DNA of 8,952 nucleotides, from sequence record OY723331.1. One strand, given 5' to 3'. The notes beneath the pieces were generated by a model. That model was not told the origin of the DNA. It did not search any database and worked only from the letters and a program-made list of their open reading frames with translations. A program made the position numbers and the translations under genes. Position 1 is the stretch's first letter. Every line of letters begins with the position of its first letter. This document shows, in pieces, positions 1 through 7,383 of this stretch.

Positions 1-3
1 GAT

Positions 4-22
4 CATGTCACGAAATGACATG
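4..22. repeat. Inverted repeat (7-bp stem, 5-nt loop) at the macro-unit boundary
   Basis: catgtca-cgaaa-tgacatg is perfectly self-complementary and lies immediately after the GATC that starts the unit. Confidence 0.8.
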
Positions 23-423
23 TTTTGGGAGGTGTGCCGATACCCACTAGTAACACAGATACTGTATGGTATGCAGGTATCCCCATTCCCTCGATAAAGA
101 GGCATCAGGGGATATGCACATGCCACCAGTACACTAAGGGATCCAAGGGGTGCCAAAAGGGGTCCAAAAGTGCTCATTTTAGGGGTACCCGTAAATGGCA
201 TAATTGCCCCGATTTCGCGTACTCATATTCCTAAGGTCACTGTAAGGAATATGGTCTCCGACGATGGCATTCCCATTGTGTGCATCCGGAAAGGGCATAA
301 AATGACCCATTTTAGGCACTTTTGGGCCTTTTGGGGTCGCGAAAGTGCACATTAAGACCCCTAATGTCTCCAAAAGGGTCCAAAATGATGCATTCGTTTT
401 CTGCCTGACTCGGATCCGCCCTT

Positions 424-441
424 CGCGCGCGCGCGCGTGTG
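424..441. repeat. (CG)7(TG)2 alternating purine-pyrimidine microsatellite
   Basis: cgcgcgcgcgcgcg at 424-437 followed by tgtg at 438-441. Confidence 0.95.
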
Positions 442-560
442 TTACTATACACTAAGGGCACACAATTTAGGGGTTCCGAGCACCTCCAGACCCCCAATCC
501 GACACCCTCTGGGATACCCTATCTGAGGGGTACGGGCCCGAATCCCTTAGGAGCACCTTA

Positions 561-586
561 GGGATGGCATTGGGGAGGGGTCTGGG
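561..586 (+). other. G-quadruplex-type motif, GGG-N8-GGGG-N1-GGGG-N3-GGG
   Basis: gggatggcattggggaggggtctggg has four G-runs with loops of 8, 1 and 3 nt. Confidence 0.6.
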
Positions 587-598
587 AGCACCCAGAAA

Positions 599-640
599 GG
601 GTCCCAAAACGAGTGATTTAGGGTCCAAAACACCCATTTT
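599..640. repeat. Two clean tandem P units (22 + 20 nt)
   Basis: gggtcccaaaacgagtgattta followed by gggtccaaaacacccatttt. Confidence 0.8.
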
Positions 641-845
641 GGGAGGTCTCGGGATACCTCAGATACCCCATTTCTGGAGGTCTTGGGGTCCTCAGATCAT
701 GGCATCCGTGTCCTCAGATACCTAATACCTATGGTCTGCGAGTCCTTAGTACCTATCTGCATGGTCTGTATGCCCGTATCCTCTGTGCCATGTCCTCTGT
801 GCATGTCCTCAGTACCTCTCTGCGAGTCCTTAGTACCTAATGCCT

Positions 846-905
846 ATACCTATCTGCATACCTATCTGCATACCTATCTGCATACCTATCTGCATACCTA
901 TCTGC
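846..905. repeat. Perfect 12-mer tandem repeat (ATACCTATCTGC) x5
   Basis: Five exact consecutive copies at 846-857, 858-869, 870-881, 882-893 and 894-905. Confidence 0.97.
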
Positions 906-1300
906 ACAGGTCCTCAGATACATCGCGAGCATCTCCAGACCCCCGGATCTCATGATCTGATGGTCTCCGGATCCGCTCATGGTCTCCAGATCTGCACATC
1001 CCCAGACCCCTAATCCGATACCCACAGCATATGGTCTCATAGTATGTATCTAATGGTGATGGTATCCATAGTGGTCTGTATCCCTACTACACACACCATG
1101 GTATGTAGTGTATATGGTCTGCATGCCCTCATGGTCTCCGGATCCCTGCATCCCTGGATCCCATACCCATGGCATCCCCAGACCCCCGGATCTCATGATT
1201 CCAGACCCCAAATCCATCATTTTGAGACCTCTAAAATCATCATTTTAGACCCCAAAACCATGGATTTCAGGTCCTCAGATATGCTCTCCGGGATGCTCGT

Positions 1301-1432
1301 AATGGTCATAATGGCTCTCAGAGGATATGGGGATACTCCCCGTAGGCCTCTCGGTAGCCCAGGATGCACGGAGGGACATTCCCTGTGGAGGTGATCTCCT
1401 CAGGTATCCCGTATGCCATATCCTGTCATTAG
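1301..1432. repeat. R element copy a (132 bp, subfamily 1, P-domain context)
   Basis: aatggtcataatggctctcagagg...catatcctgtcattag. About 90% identical to R-c by hand alignment. Contains the 23-nt hairpin at 1382-1404. Confidence 0.9.
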
Positions 1433-1860
1433 GTACCCATTCCGACCCATTTGGTGTCCCCAAAATCATCACTTTTGGTGACCAAAGGGGTACCCCTTTG
1501 CAACACGTTTTGGGACCCCCTAAAATGGTCACTTTTGGGACCTCTTTAGGTACCCTTCCCGGCACCCCTTAAGGGCCATCCTTCGAGGAATGGCACCATT
1601 TAGGGGGTCTGAAAGGGGGTCAGAAAGGGTGCTAAAAGGGTACATGCATGAGTACTCACACACCATCTTTAAGGGGTTTCGGGGGTTCTGTATCCCTCGA
1701 AGGATCCCCCTTAGTATATGGGGTGGTGTTCCCATGTGCAAAAGGGGCTAAAAGTGGTGTTTTCGACCCTTTTTGCATGCCAAAACCACCAAAATCGATG
1801 GTTTTGAGCACCCCAAATCACTCATTTTGGGGGTTTCGGGCCCTGTCCAATACCCTCCAT

Positions 1861-1955
1861 AATGGTCTCTTAGAGGATATGGGGTACTGCATGTAGGCCT
1901 CTCGGTAGCCCAGGATGCACGGAGGGACATTCCCTGTGGAGGTGATCTCCTCAGG
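1861..1955. repeat. R element copy b (truncated, subfamily 1)
   Basis: The 63-nt core gtaggcctctcggtagcccaggatgcacggagggacattccctgtggaggtgatctcctcagg is identical to R-a. The 3' ~35 nt is missing. Hairpin at 1933-1955. Confidence 0.9.
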
Positions 1956-2016
1956 TTCCATAATGCCCTAGATGTGCTAATCCCGTGCCGATACCTACTC
2001 GCAACACATGTTTTGG

Positions 2017-2294
2017 GACCCCTAAAACATGTATTTCGACCCATTTGGGGTCCTCATACCATGGCACCATCCTCTGAGCACATACCATGTATCTAGAGGA
2101 TGTGGTCTCCATAGGTATCGTGGGCATATCCCCTACCCTATGATATAGGTACCATGCAGAGCATGTGTACTCCTTATAGCATATGTAGTGATCCCCATGG
2201 TGTCTAAGGGATCTGGTGATGTACTGGATATCACCATAATCATGTAATCTGAGTACATCAAATCATGTGTTTCATGTCATCAAATGCATGCAAT
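2017..2294. repeat. Q segment, Q1 (copy 1)
   Basis: gacccctaaaacatgtattt...catgtcatcaaatgcatgcaat aligns with 3302-3580, with about 16 differences in 278 nt by hand count. Confidence 0.9.
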
Positions 2295-3080
2295 ATCATG
2301 ATATCTGGTGTCTACTGGATACCCTCTATACATCATATAGTACCCAAATACCTGCAAGGGCGGATCCTTATGGTTCCCCTTGTACGGATATGCTGTAGTA
2401 CTAGTGTTAGTGGTACCCATAATGAGTACATATCGAGTACTTCATATCATCAAATCATGTGTTTCATGTCATCAAATGCATGCCATTACATGATATCTGG
2501 TGATTACTGGATACTCCCTATATACCATATAGTACTCCATACACCTCTGCATGGTGTAATGGTACCCGTACTCCCCATGTACTGTATACCATAGGATACA
2601 TGGTACTAATGGTGTGTATGGTGTTGTACTAGTGGTATTAGATGTGTATACCTACTCATAATGAGTACTTCATGTCATCAAAACACATGATTTCATGTCA
2701 TCAAATCTATGCAATTACATGATATTCCGTGTATCTAATGATGTGCTGGATACTCCCTAATGGCCATAATGGCTCCTTAGAGGTATGGGGATACTCCCCG
2801 TAGGCCTCTCGGTAGCCTGGATGTGCAGAGAGGGTATTCCCTGTGGAGGTGGTCTCCTCAGGTATCCCGTATGCCATATCCTGTCATTAGATGTGTATAC
2901 CTACTCATTTCATGTCATCAAATCATGTGTTTTCATGTCATCAAATGCATGCCAATACCATGATATCTGGTGTTACAGGGACTCCTCTAGATACCCATAG
3001 TACTCCATATACTCCCGTAATGGTGTAATGGTACCCGTAGCCCCCATGTCCTATATACCATAGGATACATGGTCTGCTGG
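2251..3080. repeat. M-array 1 (copy 1): four ~190-240-bp monomers
   Basis: The CATGTCATCAAAT(G/C)(C/T)ATGC box occurs at 2273, 2465, 2694 and 2934, with an extra upstream half-box at 2671 and 2911. Spacings are 192, 229 and 240 bp. The third monomer carries R-c. Confidence 0.88.
2759..2890. repeat. R element copy c (132 bp, subfamily 2, inside an M monomer)
   Basis: aatggccataatggctccttagaggtatgggg...cattag. It sits between ggatactccct and atgtgtatacct, where ~116 bp of normal monomer body would be. Hairpin at 2840-2862. Confidence 0.92.
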
Positions 3081-3301
3081 TATGTATCTAGTAGTACTCG
3101 TTGCCTGTACCCCTCCGAAAGGGTCTAAATACACCATTTTAGGGGTCCAAAACACCCATTTTAGGGTCCTAAAAGTGCTCATGGGGGTACCCCCACGAGC
3201 CCTTTTTATGACCATTTCTGGGCTTGATTTGCGGACCCCTTTTGGGGGATTGAATCACCCGTTTTGGTACCTCCAGAAAGGTGCCAAAAGTGGTCATTTT
3301 A
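3081..3301. repeat. P-domain II (copy 1)
   Basis: Degenerate P units, including three clean tandem units at 3121-3183. Confidence 0.8.
3121..3183. repeat. Three clean tandem P units (21 + 22 + 20 nt)
   Basis: gggtctaaatacaccatttta, then ggggtccaaaacacccatttta, then gggtcctaaaagtgctcatg. Confidence 0.85.
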
Positions 3302-3580
3302 GACCCCTAAATCATGTATTTAGACCCTTTTGGGGACCTCATACCATGGCACCATCCTCTGAGCACATACCATGTATCTAGAGGATATGGTCTCCATAGG
3401 TATCATGAGGGATACCCCTACCCTATGATATAGGTACCATGCAGAGCATGTGTACTCCTTATAGCATATGTAGTGATCCCCATGGTCTCTAAGGGATCTG
3501 GGGATGTCCTGGATATCACCATAATCATGTAATCTGAGTACATCAAATCATGTGTTTTCATGTCATCAAATGCATGCAAT
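3302..3580. repeat. Q segment, Q2 (copy 1)
   Basis: Intra-unit paralogue of 2017-2294. Confidence 0.9.
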
Positions 3581-4190
3581 TACATGATGGTACTACTCAT
3601 GAGTACCTACTCGTAGTAGTATACATGTGGTATCCATGGTATACATAGTACTCGTAGTGTATGCTGTTAGGCTATGGTATAGGGGTATCCTGCACCCCTC
3701 ATACCCTCCGTGCATACTACTAGTATCCTGTGTATCACTAGATACTATATGTGTATACATACTACTAATGAGCACATCGAATCATGTGTTTCATGTCATC
3801 AAATGCATGCAATATCATGATATCTGGTGATTACTGGATACTCCCTATATACCATATAGTACTCCATACACCTCTGCATGGTGTAATGGTACCTATACTC
3901 CCCATGTACTGTATACCATAGGATACATGGTACTAATGGTGTGTATGCTGTTGTACTAGTGGTATTAGATGTGTATACCTACTCATAATGAGTACTTCAT
4001 GTCATCAAATGCATGCAATTACATGATGATACTGCTCATGAGTACCTACCCGTAGTAGTATACATGTGGTATCCATGGTATACATGGTACTCGTAGTGTA
4101 TGCTGTTAGGCTATGATATAGGGGTATCCCGTACCCCTCATATCCTCCGTGCATACTACTAGTATCCTGTGTATCACTAGATACTGTATA
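3536..4190. repeat. M-array 2 (copy 1): beta - alpha - beta monomers
   Basis: Boxes at 3559, 3792 and 3998, with spacings of 233 and 206 bp. The beta bodies 3581-3770 and 4020-4190 are about 94% identical by eye. The alpha body 3813-3990 matches the alpha monomers of M-array 1. Confidence 0.88.
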
Positions 4191-4435
4191 TGATCATACG
4201 TGCAAACCATGTGTTCAGATGTCTCGAAACATGTGTTTTGGTGTCATGACATACACATTCTATACTACTAATGAGTACCTGTACATGGTATGTGCTGTAA
4301 GGGATACTAGGGGATATGGTGCATACCTCTAATGGGGCATATGCTGCCATTAGGGATACCCCCAATACCTATAGTACTCTGTATAGCTCATTACACCATG
4401 ATATGCAATAGTAGTGGATTCGCTCATCTCGACTA
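4191..4435. repeat. Tail segment T (copy 1), unit 3' end
   Basis: Recurs at 8709-8952 with one 1-bp indel (taggggatatgg vs tagggatatgg). Contains the 10-bp palindrome tgtcatgaca and a cgaaacatgtgttttgg motif resembling the unit start. Confidence 0.85.
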
Positions 4436-4438
4436 GAT

Positions 4439-4457
4439 CATGTCACGAAATGACATG
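4439..4457. repeat. Same boundary inverted repeat, copy 2
   Basis: Identical sequence at offset 4435. Confidence 0.8.
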
Positions 4458-4858
4458 TTTTGGGAGGTGTGCCGATACCCACTAGTAACACAGATACTGT
4501 ATGGTATGCAGGTATCCCCATTCCCTCGATAAAGAGGCATCAGGGGATATGCACATGCCACCAGTACACTAAGGGATCCAAGGGGTGCCAAAAGGGGTCC
4601 AAAAGTGCTCATTTTAGGGGTACCCGTAAATGGCATAATTGCCCCGATTTCGCGTACTCATATTCCTAAGGTCACTGTAAGGAATATGGTCTCCGGCGAT
4701 GGCATTCCCATTGTGTGCATCCGAAAAGGGCATAAAATGACCCATTTTGGGCACTTTTGGGCCTTTTGGTGTCGCGAATGTGCACATTAAGACCCCCGAA
4801 ATGCCCCAAAGGGTCCAAAATGATGCATTCGTTTTCTGTCTGACTCGGATCCGCCCTT

Positions 4859-4876
4859 CGCGCGCGCGCGCGTGTG
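4859..4876. repeat. (CG)7(TG)2 microsatellite, copy 2 (same copy number)
   Basis: Identical tract at offset 4435. Confidence 0.95.
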
Positions 4877-4995
4877 TTACTATACACTAAGGGCACACAA
4901 TTTAGGGGTTCCGAGCACCTCCAGACCCCCAATCCGACACCCTCTGGGATACCCTATCTGAGGGGTACGGGCCCGAATCCCTTAGGAGCACCTTA

Positions 4996-5021
4996 GGGAT
5001 GGCATTGGGGAGGGGTCTGGG
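4996..5021 (+). other. Same G-quadruplex-type motif, copy 2
   Basis: Identical sequence at offset 4435. Confidence 0.6.
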
Positions 5022-5033
5022 AGCACCCAGAAA

Positions 5034-5075
5034 GGGTCCCAAAACGAGTGATTTAGGGTCCAAAACACCCATTTT
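5034..5075. repeat. Same two P units, copy 2
   Basis: Offset 4435. Confidence 0.8.
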
Positions 5076-5280
5076 GGGAGGTCTCGGGATACCTCAGATA
5101 CCCCATTTCTGGAGGTCTTGGGGTCCTCAGATCATGGCATCCGTGTCCTCAGATACCTAATACCTATGGTCTGCGAGTCCTTAGTACCTATCTGCATGGT
5201 CTGTATGCCCGTATCCTCTGTGCCATGTCCTCTGTGTATGTCCTCAGTACCTCTCTGCGAGTCCTTAGTACCTAATGCCT

Positions 5281-5304
5281 ATACCTATCTGCATACCTAT
5301 CTGC
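5281..5304. repeat. Same 12-mer tandem repeat, only x2 in copy 2
   Basis: ATACCTATCTGC at 5281-5292 and 5293-5304. This is a 36-bp length difference from copy 1. Confidence 0.97.
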
Positions 5305-5677
5305 ACAGGTCCTCAGATACATCGCGAGCATCCCCGGACCCCATATCTCATGATCTGATGGTCTCCGGATCCGCTCATGGTCTCCAGATCTGCACATCCC
5401 CAGACCCCTAATCCGATACCCACAGCATATGGTCTCATAGTATGTATCTAATGGTGATGGTATCCATAGTGGTCTGTATCCCTACTACACACACCATGGT
5501 ATGTAGTGCATATGGTCTGTATGCCCTCATGGTCTCTGGATCCCTGCATCCCTGGATCCCATACCCATGGCATCCCCAGACCCCCGGATCTCATGTTTTG
5601 AGACCTCTAAAATCATCATTTTAGACCCCAAAACCATGGATTTCAGGTCCTCAGATCATGCTCTCCGGATGCTCCAT

Positions 5678-5802
5678 AATGGCCATAATGGGCTCCTTAG
5701 AGGATATGGTGTCCTCCGCGGGGCCTCTCGGTAGCCCGGATATGCAGAGGCATATTCCCTGTGGAGGTCATCTCCTCAGGTGTCTCATATGCCATATCCT
5801 GT
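5678..5802. repeat. R element copy d (positional homologue of R-a, most diverged)
   Basis: About 80-85% identity to R-c by hand alignment. The hairpin stems at 5758-5780 are intact. Confidence 0.85.
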
Positions 5803-5860
5803 GCATACCGTGTGCGGGGTACCCCTCATGACATGATTCCAGACCCCAAATCCATCATTT

Positions 5861-6120
5861 TAGACCCTTTTGGGGACCTCATACCATGGCACCATCCTCT
5901 GTGCACATACCATGTATCTAGAGGATGTGGTCTCCATAGGTATCGTGGGCATATCCCCTACCCTATGATATAGGTACCATGCAGAGCATGTGTACTCCTT
6001 ATAGCATATGTAGTGATCCCCATGGTGTCTAAGGGATCTGGTGATGTACTGGATATCACCATAATCATGTAATCTGAGTACATCAAATCATGTGTTTTCA
6101 TGTCATCAAATGCATGCAAT
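5861..6120. repeat. Q segment, Q1' (copy 2), chimeric 5' end
   Basis: The 5' end tagacccttttggggacctc is Q2-type. The body (gaggatgtggtc, ggtatcgtgggcatatcccc) is Q1-type. Confidence 0.85.
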
Positions 6121-6906
6121 ATCATGATATCTGGTGTCTACTGGATACCCTCTATACATCATATAGTACCCAAATACCTGCAAGGGCGGATCCTTATGGT
6201 TCCCCTTGTACGGATATGCTGTAGTACTAGTGTTAGTGGTACCCATAATGAGTACATATCGAGTACTTCATATCATCAAATCATGTGTTTCATGTCATCA
6301 AATGCATGCCATTACATGATATCTGGTGATTACTGGATACTCCCTATATACCATATAGTACTCCATACACCTCTGCATGGTGTAATGGTACCCGTACTCC
6401 CCATGTACTGTATACCATAGGATACATGGTACTAATGGTGTGTATGCTGTTGTACTAGTGGTATTAGATGTGTATACCTACTCATAATGAGTACTTCATG
6501 TCATCAAAACACATGATTTCATGTCATCAAATCTATGCAATTACATGATATTCCGTGTATCTAATGATGTGCTGGATACTCCCTAATGGCCATAATGGCT
6601 CCTTAGAGGTATGGGGATACTCCCCGTAGGCCTCTCGGTAGCCTGGATGTGCAGAGAGGGTATTCCCTGTGGAGGTGGTCTCCTCAGGTATCCCGTATGC
6701 CATATCCTGTCATTAGATGTGTATACCTACTCATTTCATGTCATCAAATCATGTGTTTTCATGTCATCAAATGCATGCCAATACCATGATATCTGGTGTT
6801 ACAGGGACTCCTCTAGATACCCATAGTACTCCATATACTCCCGTAATGGTGTAATGGTACCCGTAGCCCCCATGTCCTATATACCATAGGATACATGGTC
6901 TGCTGG
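6076..6906. repeat. M-array 1 (copy 2)
   Basis: Boxes at 6099, 6291, 6520 and 6760, the same spacings as in copy 1. Carries R-e. Confidence 0.88.
6585..6716. repeat. R element copy e (positional homologue of R-c)
   Basis: Appears identical to R-c at offset 3826. Hairpin at 6666-6688. Confidence 0.92.
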
Positions 6907-7127
6907 TATGTATCTAGTAGTACTCGTTGCCTGTACCCCTCCGAAAGGGTCTAAATACACCATTTTAGGGGTCCAAAACACCCATTTTAGGGTCCTAAAA
7001 GTGCTCATGGGGGTACCCCCACGAGCCCTTTTTATGACCATTTCTGGGCTTGATTTGCGGACCCCTTTTGGGGGATTGAATCACCCGTTTTGGTACCTCC
7101 AGAAAGGTGCCAAAAGTGGTCATTTTA
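6907..7127. repeat. P-domain II (copy 2)
   Basis: Offset 3826 from 3081-3301. The three clean P units are at 6947-7009. Confidence 0.8.
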
Positions 7128-7383
7128 GACCCCTAAATCATGTATTTAGACCCTTTTGGGGACCTCATACCATGGCACCATCCTCTGAGCACATACCATG
7201 TATCTAGAGGATATGGTCTCCATAGGTATCATGAGGGATACCCCTACCCTATGATATAGGTACCATGCAGAGCATGTGTGCTCCTTATAGCATATGTAGT
7301 GATCCCCATGGTCTCTAAGGGATCTGGTGATGTCCTGGATATCACCATAATCATGTAATTGAGTACATCAAATCATGTGTTTT
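7128..7383. repeat. Q segment, Q2' (copy 2), ends where copy 2 diverges
   Basis: Offset 3826/3825 from 3302-3558. Homology to copy 1 stops after catcaaatcatgtgtttt at 7383. Confidence 0.9.

Larger units (their letters stand above)
1..2016. repeat. P-domain I (copy 1): degenerate 20-22-nt CCAAAA...TTTTAGG-type units plus short dispersed motif families
   Basis: Recurrent GGGTCCAAAA-N5-CATTTTAGG-like units, e.g. 159-181, 599-640, 1220-1262, 1463-1545 and 1740-1835. The 22-mer CCAGACCCC(C/T)AATCCGA(C/T)ACCC occurs at 486-507 and 1002-1023. tctgcgagtccttagtaccta occurs at ~735-755 and ~818-838. Confidence 0.7.
1..4435. repeat. Macro-repeat unit, copy 1 (4435 bp composite / higher-order repeat)
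   Basis: Bases 1-60 recur exactly at 4436-4495. The last 25 nt (gtagtggattcgctcatctcgacta, 4411-4435) recur at 8928-8952. Alignment offsets traced by hand along the unit: 4435, 4399, 4398, 4376, 3825/3826, 4518, 4517. Confidence 0.95.
4436..5860. repeat. P-domain I (copy 2), about 590 bp shorter than in copy 1
   Basis: Collinear with 1-1426, then a 60-bp replacement at 5803-5862. Confidence 0.8.

Noticed and set aside
1-2016. True telomeric repeat tract (TTTAGGG, TAGGG or TTTTGGGG words)
   Set aside because: The words are isolated inside 20-22-nt degenerate units. They are never tandemly iterated and appear in both orientations on the same strand.
2511-2540. Kinetoplastid spliced-leader-like string on the minus strand of alpha monomers (gtactatatggtat vs the SL 3' end GTACTATATTGGTATG)
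   Set aside because: Only about 14 nt match, with an indel. The upstream part of the mini-exon is absent. Such TAC/GTA/TAT-rich strings are expected by chance given this repeat's composition.
2787-2799. Second small hairpin in R (gggga-tac-tcccc) as a conserved structural element
   Set aside because: It is intact only in copies a, c, e and f. It is disrupted in R-b (ggggtactgcatg) and R-d (ggtgtcctccgcgggg), so there is no evidence of constraint.
2759-2890. 5S rRNA-like words on the minus strand of R: ggagaccacct...gggaataccc, then ggcctacgg...ccatacc
   Set aside because: The words resemble the 5S box-C / helix IV-V region and the 5S 5' end. But they occur in permuted order (3'-like part first) and are interrupted by extra bases. 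The putative helix I ends are not complementary (ccaggc vs gcctacgg), and the loop-E/box-A middle is missing. At most this is a very degenerate 5S-derived relic. Running Rfam RF00001 cmscan would settle it.
2785-3000. A conserved micro-ORF inside the R element (MGILPVGLSVAWMCREGIPCGGGLLRYPVCHIL...), open in several R copies
   Set aside because: Differences between R subfamilies are predominantly non-synonymous in this frame. Examples are VAQDARRD vs VAWMCREG, and RYPVC vs RCLIC from tat>tgt, ccc>ctc and gta>ata. The conserved peptide stretch coincides with the nucleotide hairpin. The conservation is better explained at DNA/RNA level.
2251-4190. CRISPR-like array, i.e. a conserved short box recurring at regular intervals
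   Set aside because: The intervals are 190-240 bp, far longer than CRISPR spacers. The intervening sequences are themselves repeated, there are no cas genes, and the box is not a uniform 24-48-nt direct repeat unit.
4411-4460. The second copy as an assembly artefact or concatemer of a small circular element
   Set aside because: The copies differ by scattered substitutions, a 36-bp VNTR change, a 22-bp indel, a ~610 vs 60-bp replacement and a 439 vs 1132-bp replacement. A circular-overlap artefact would give identical copies.
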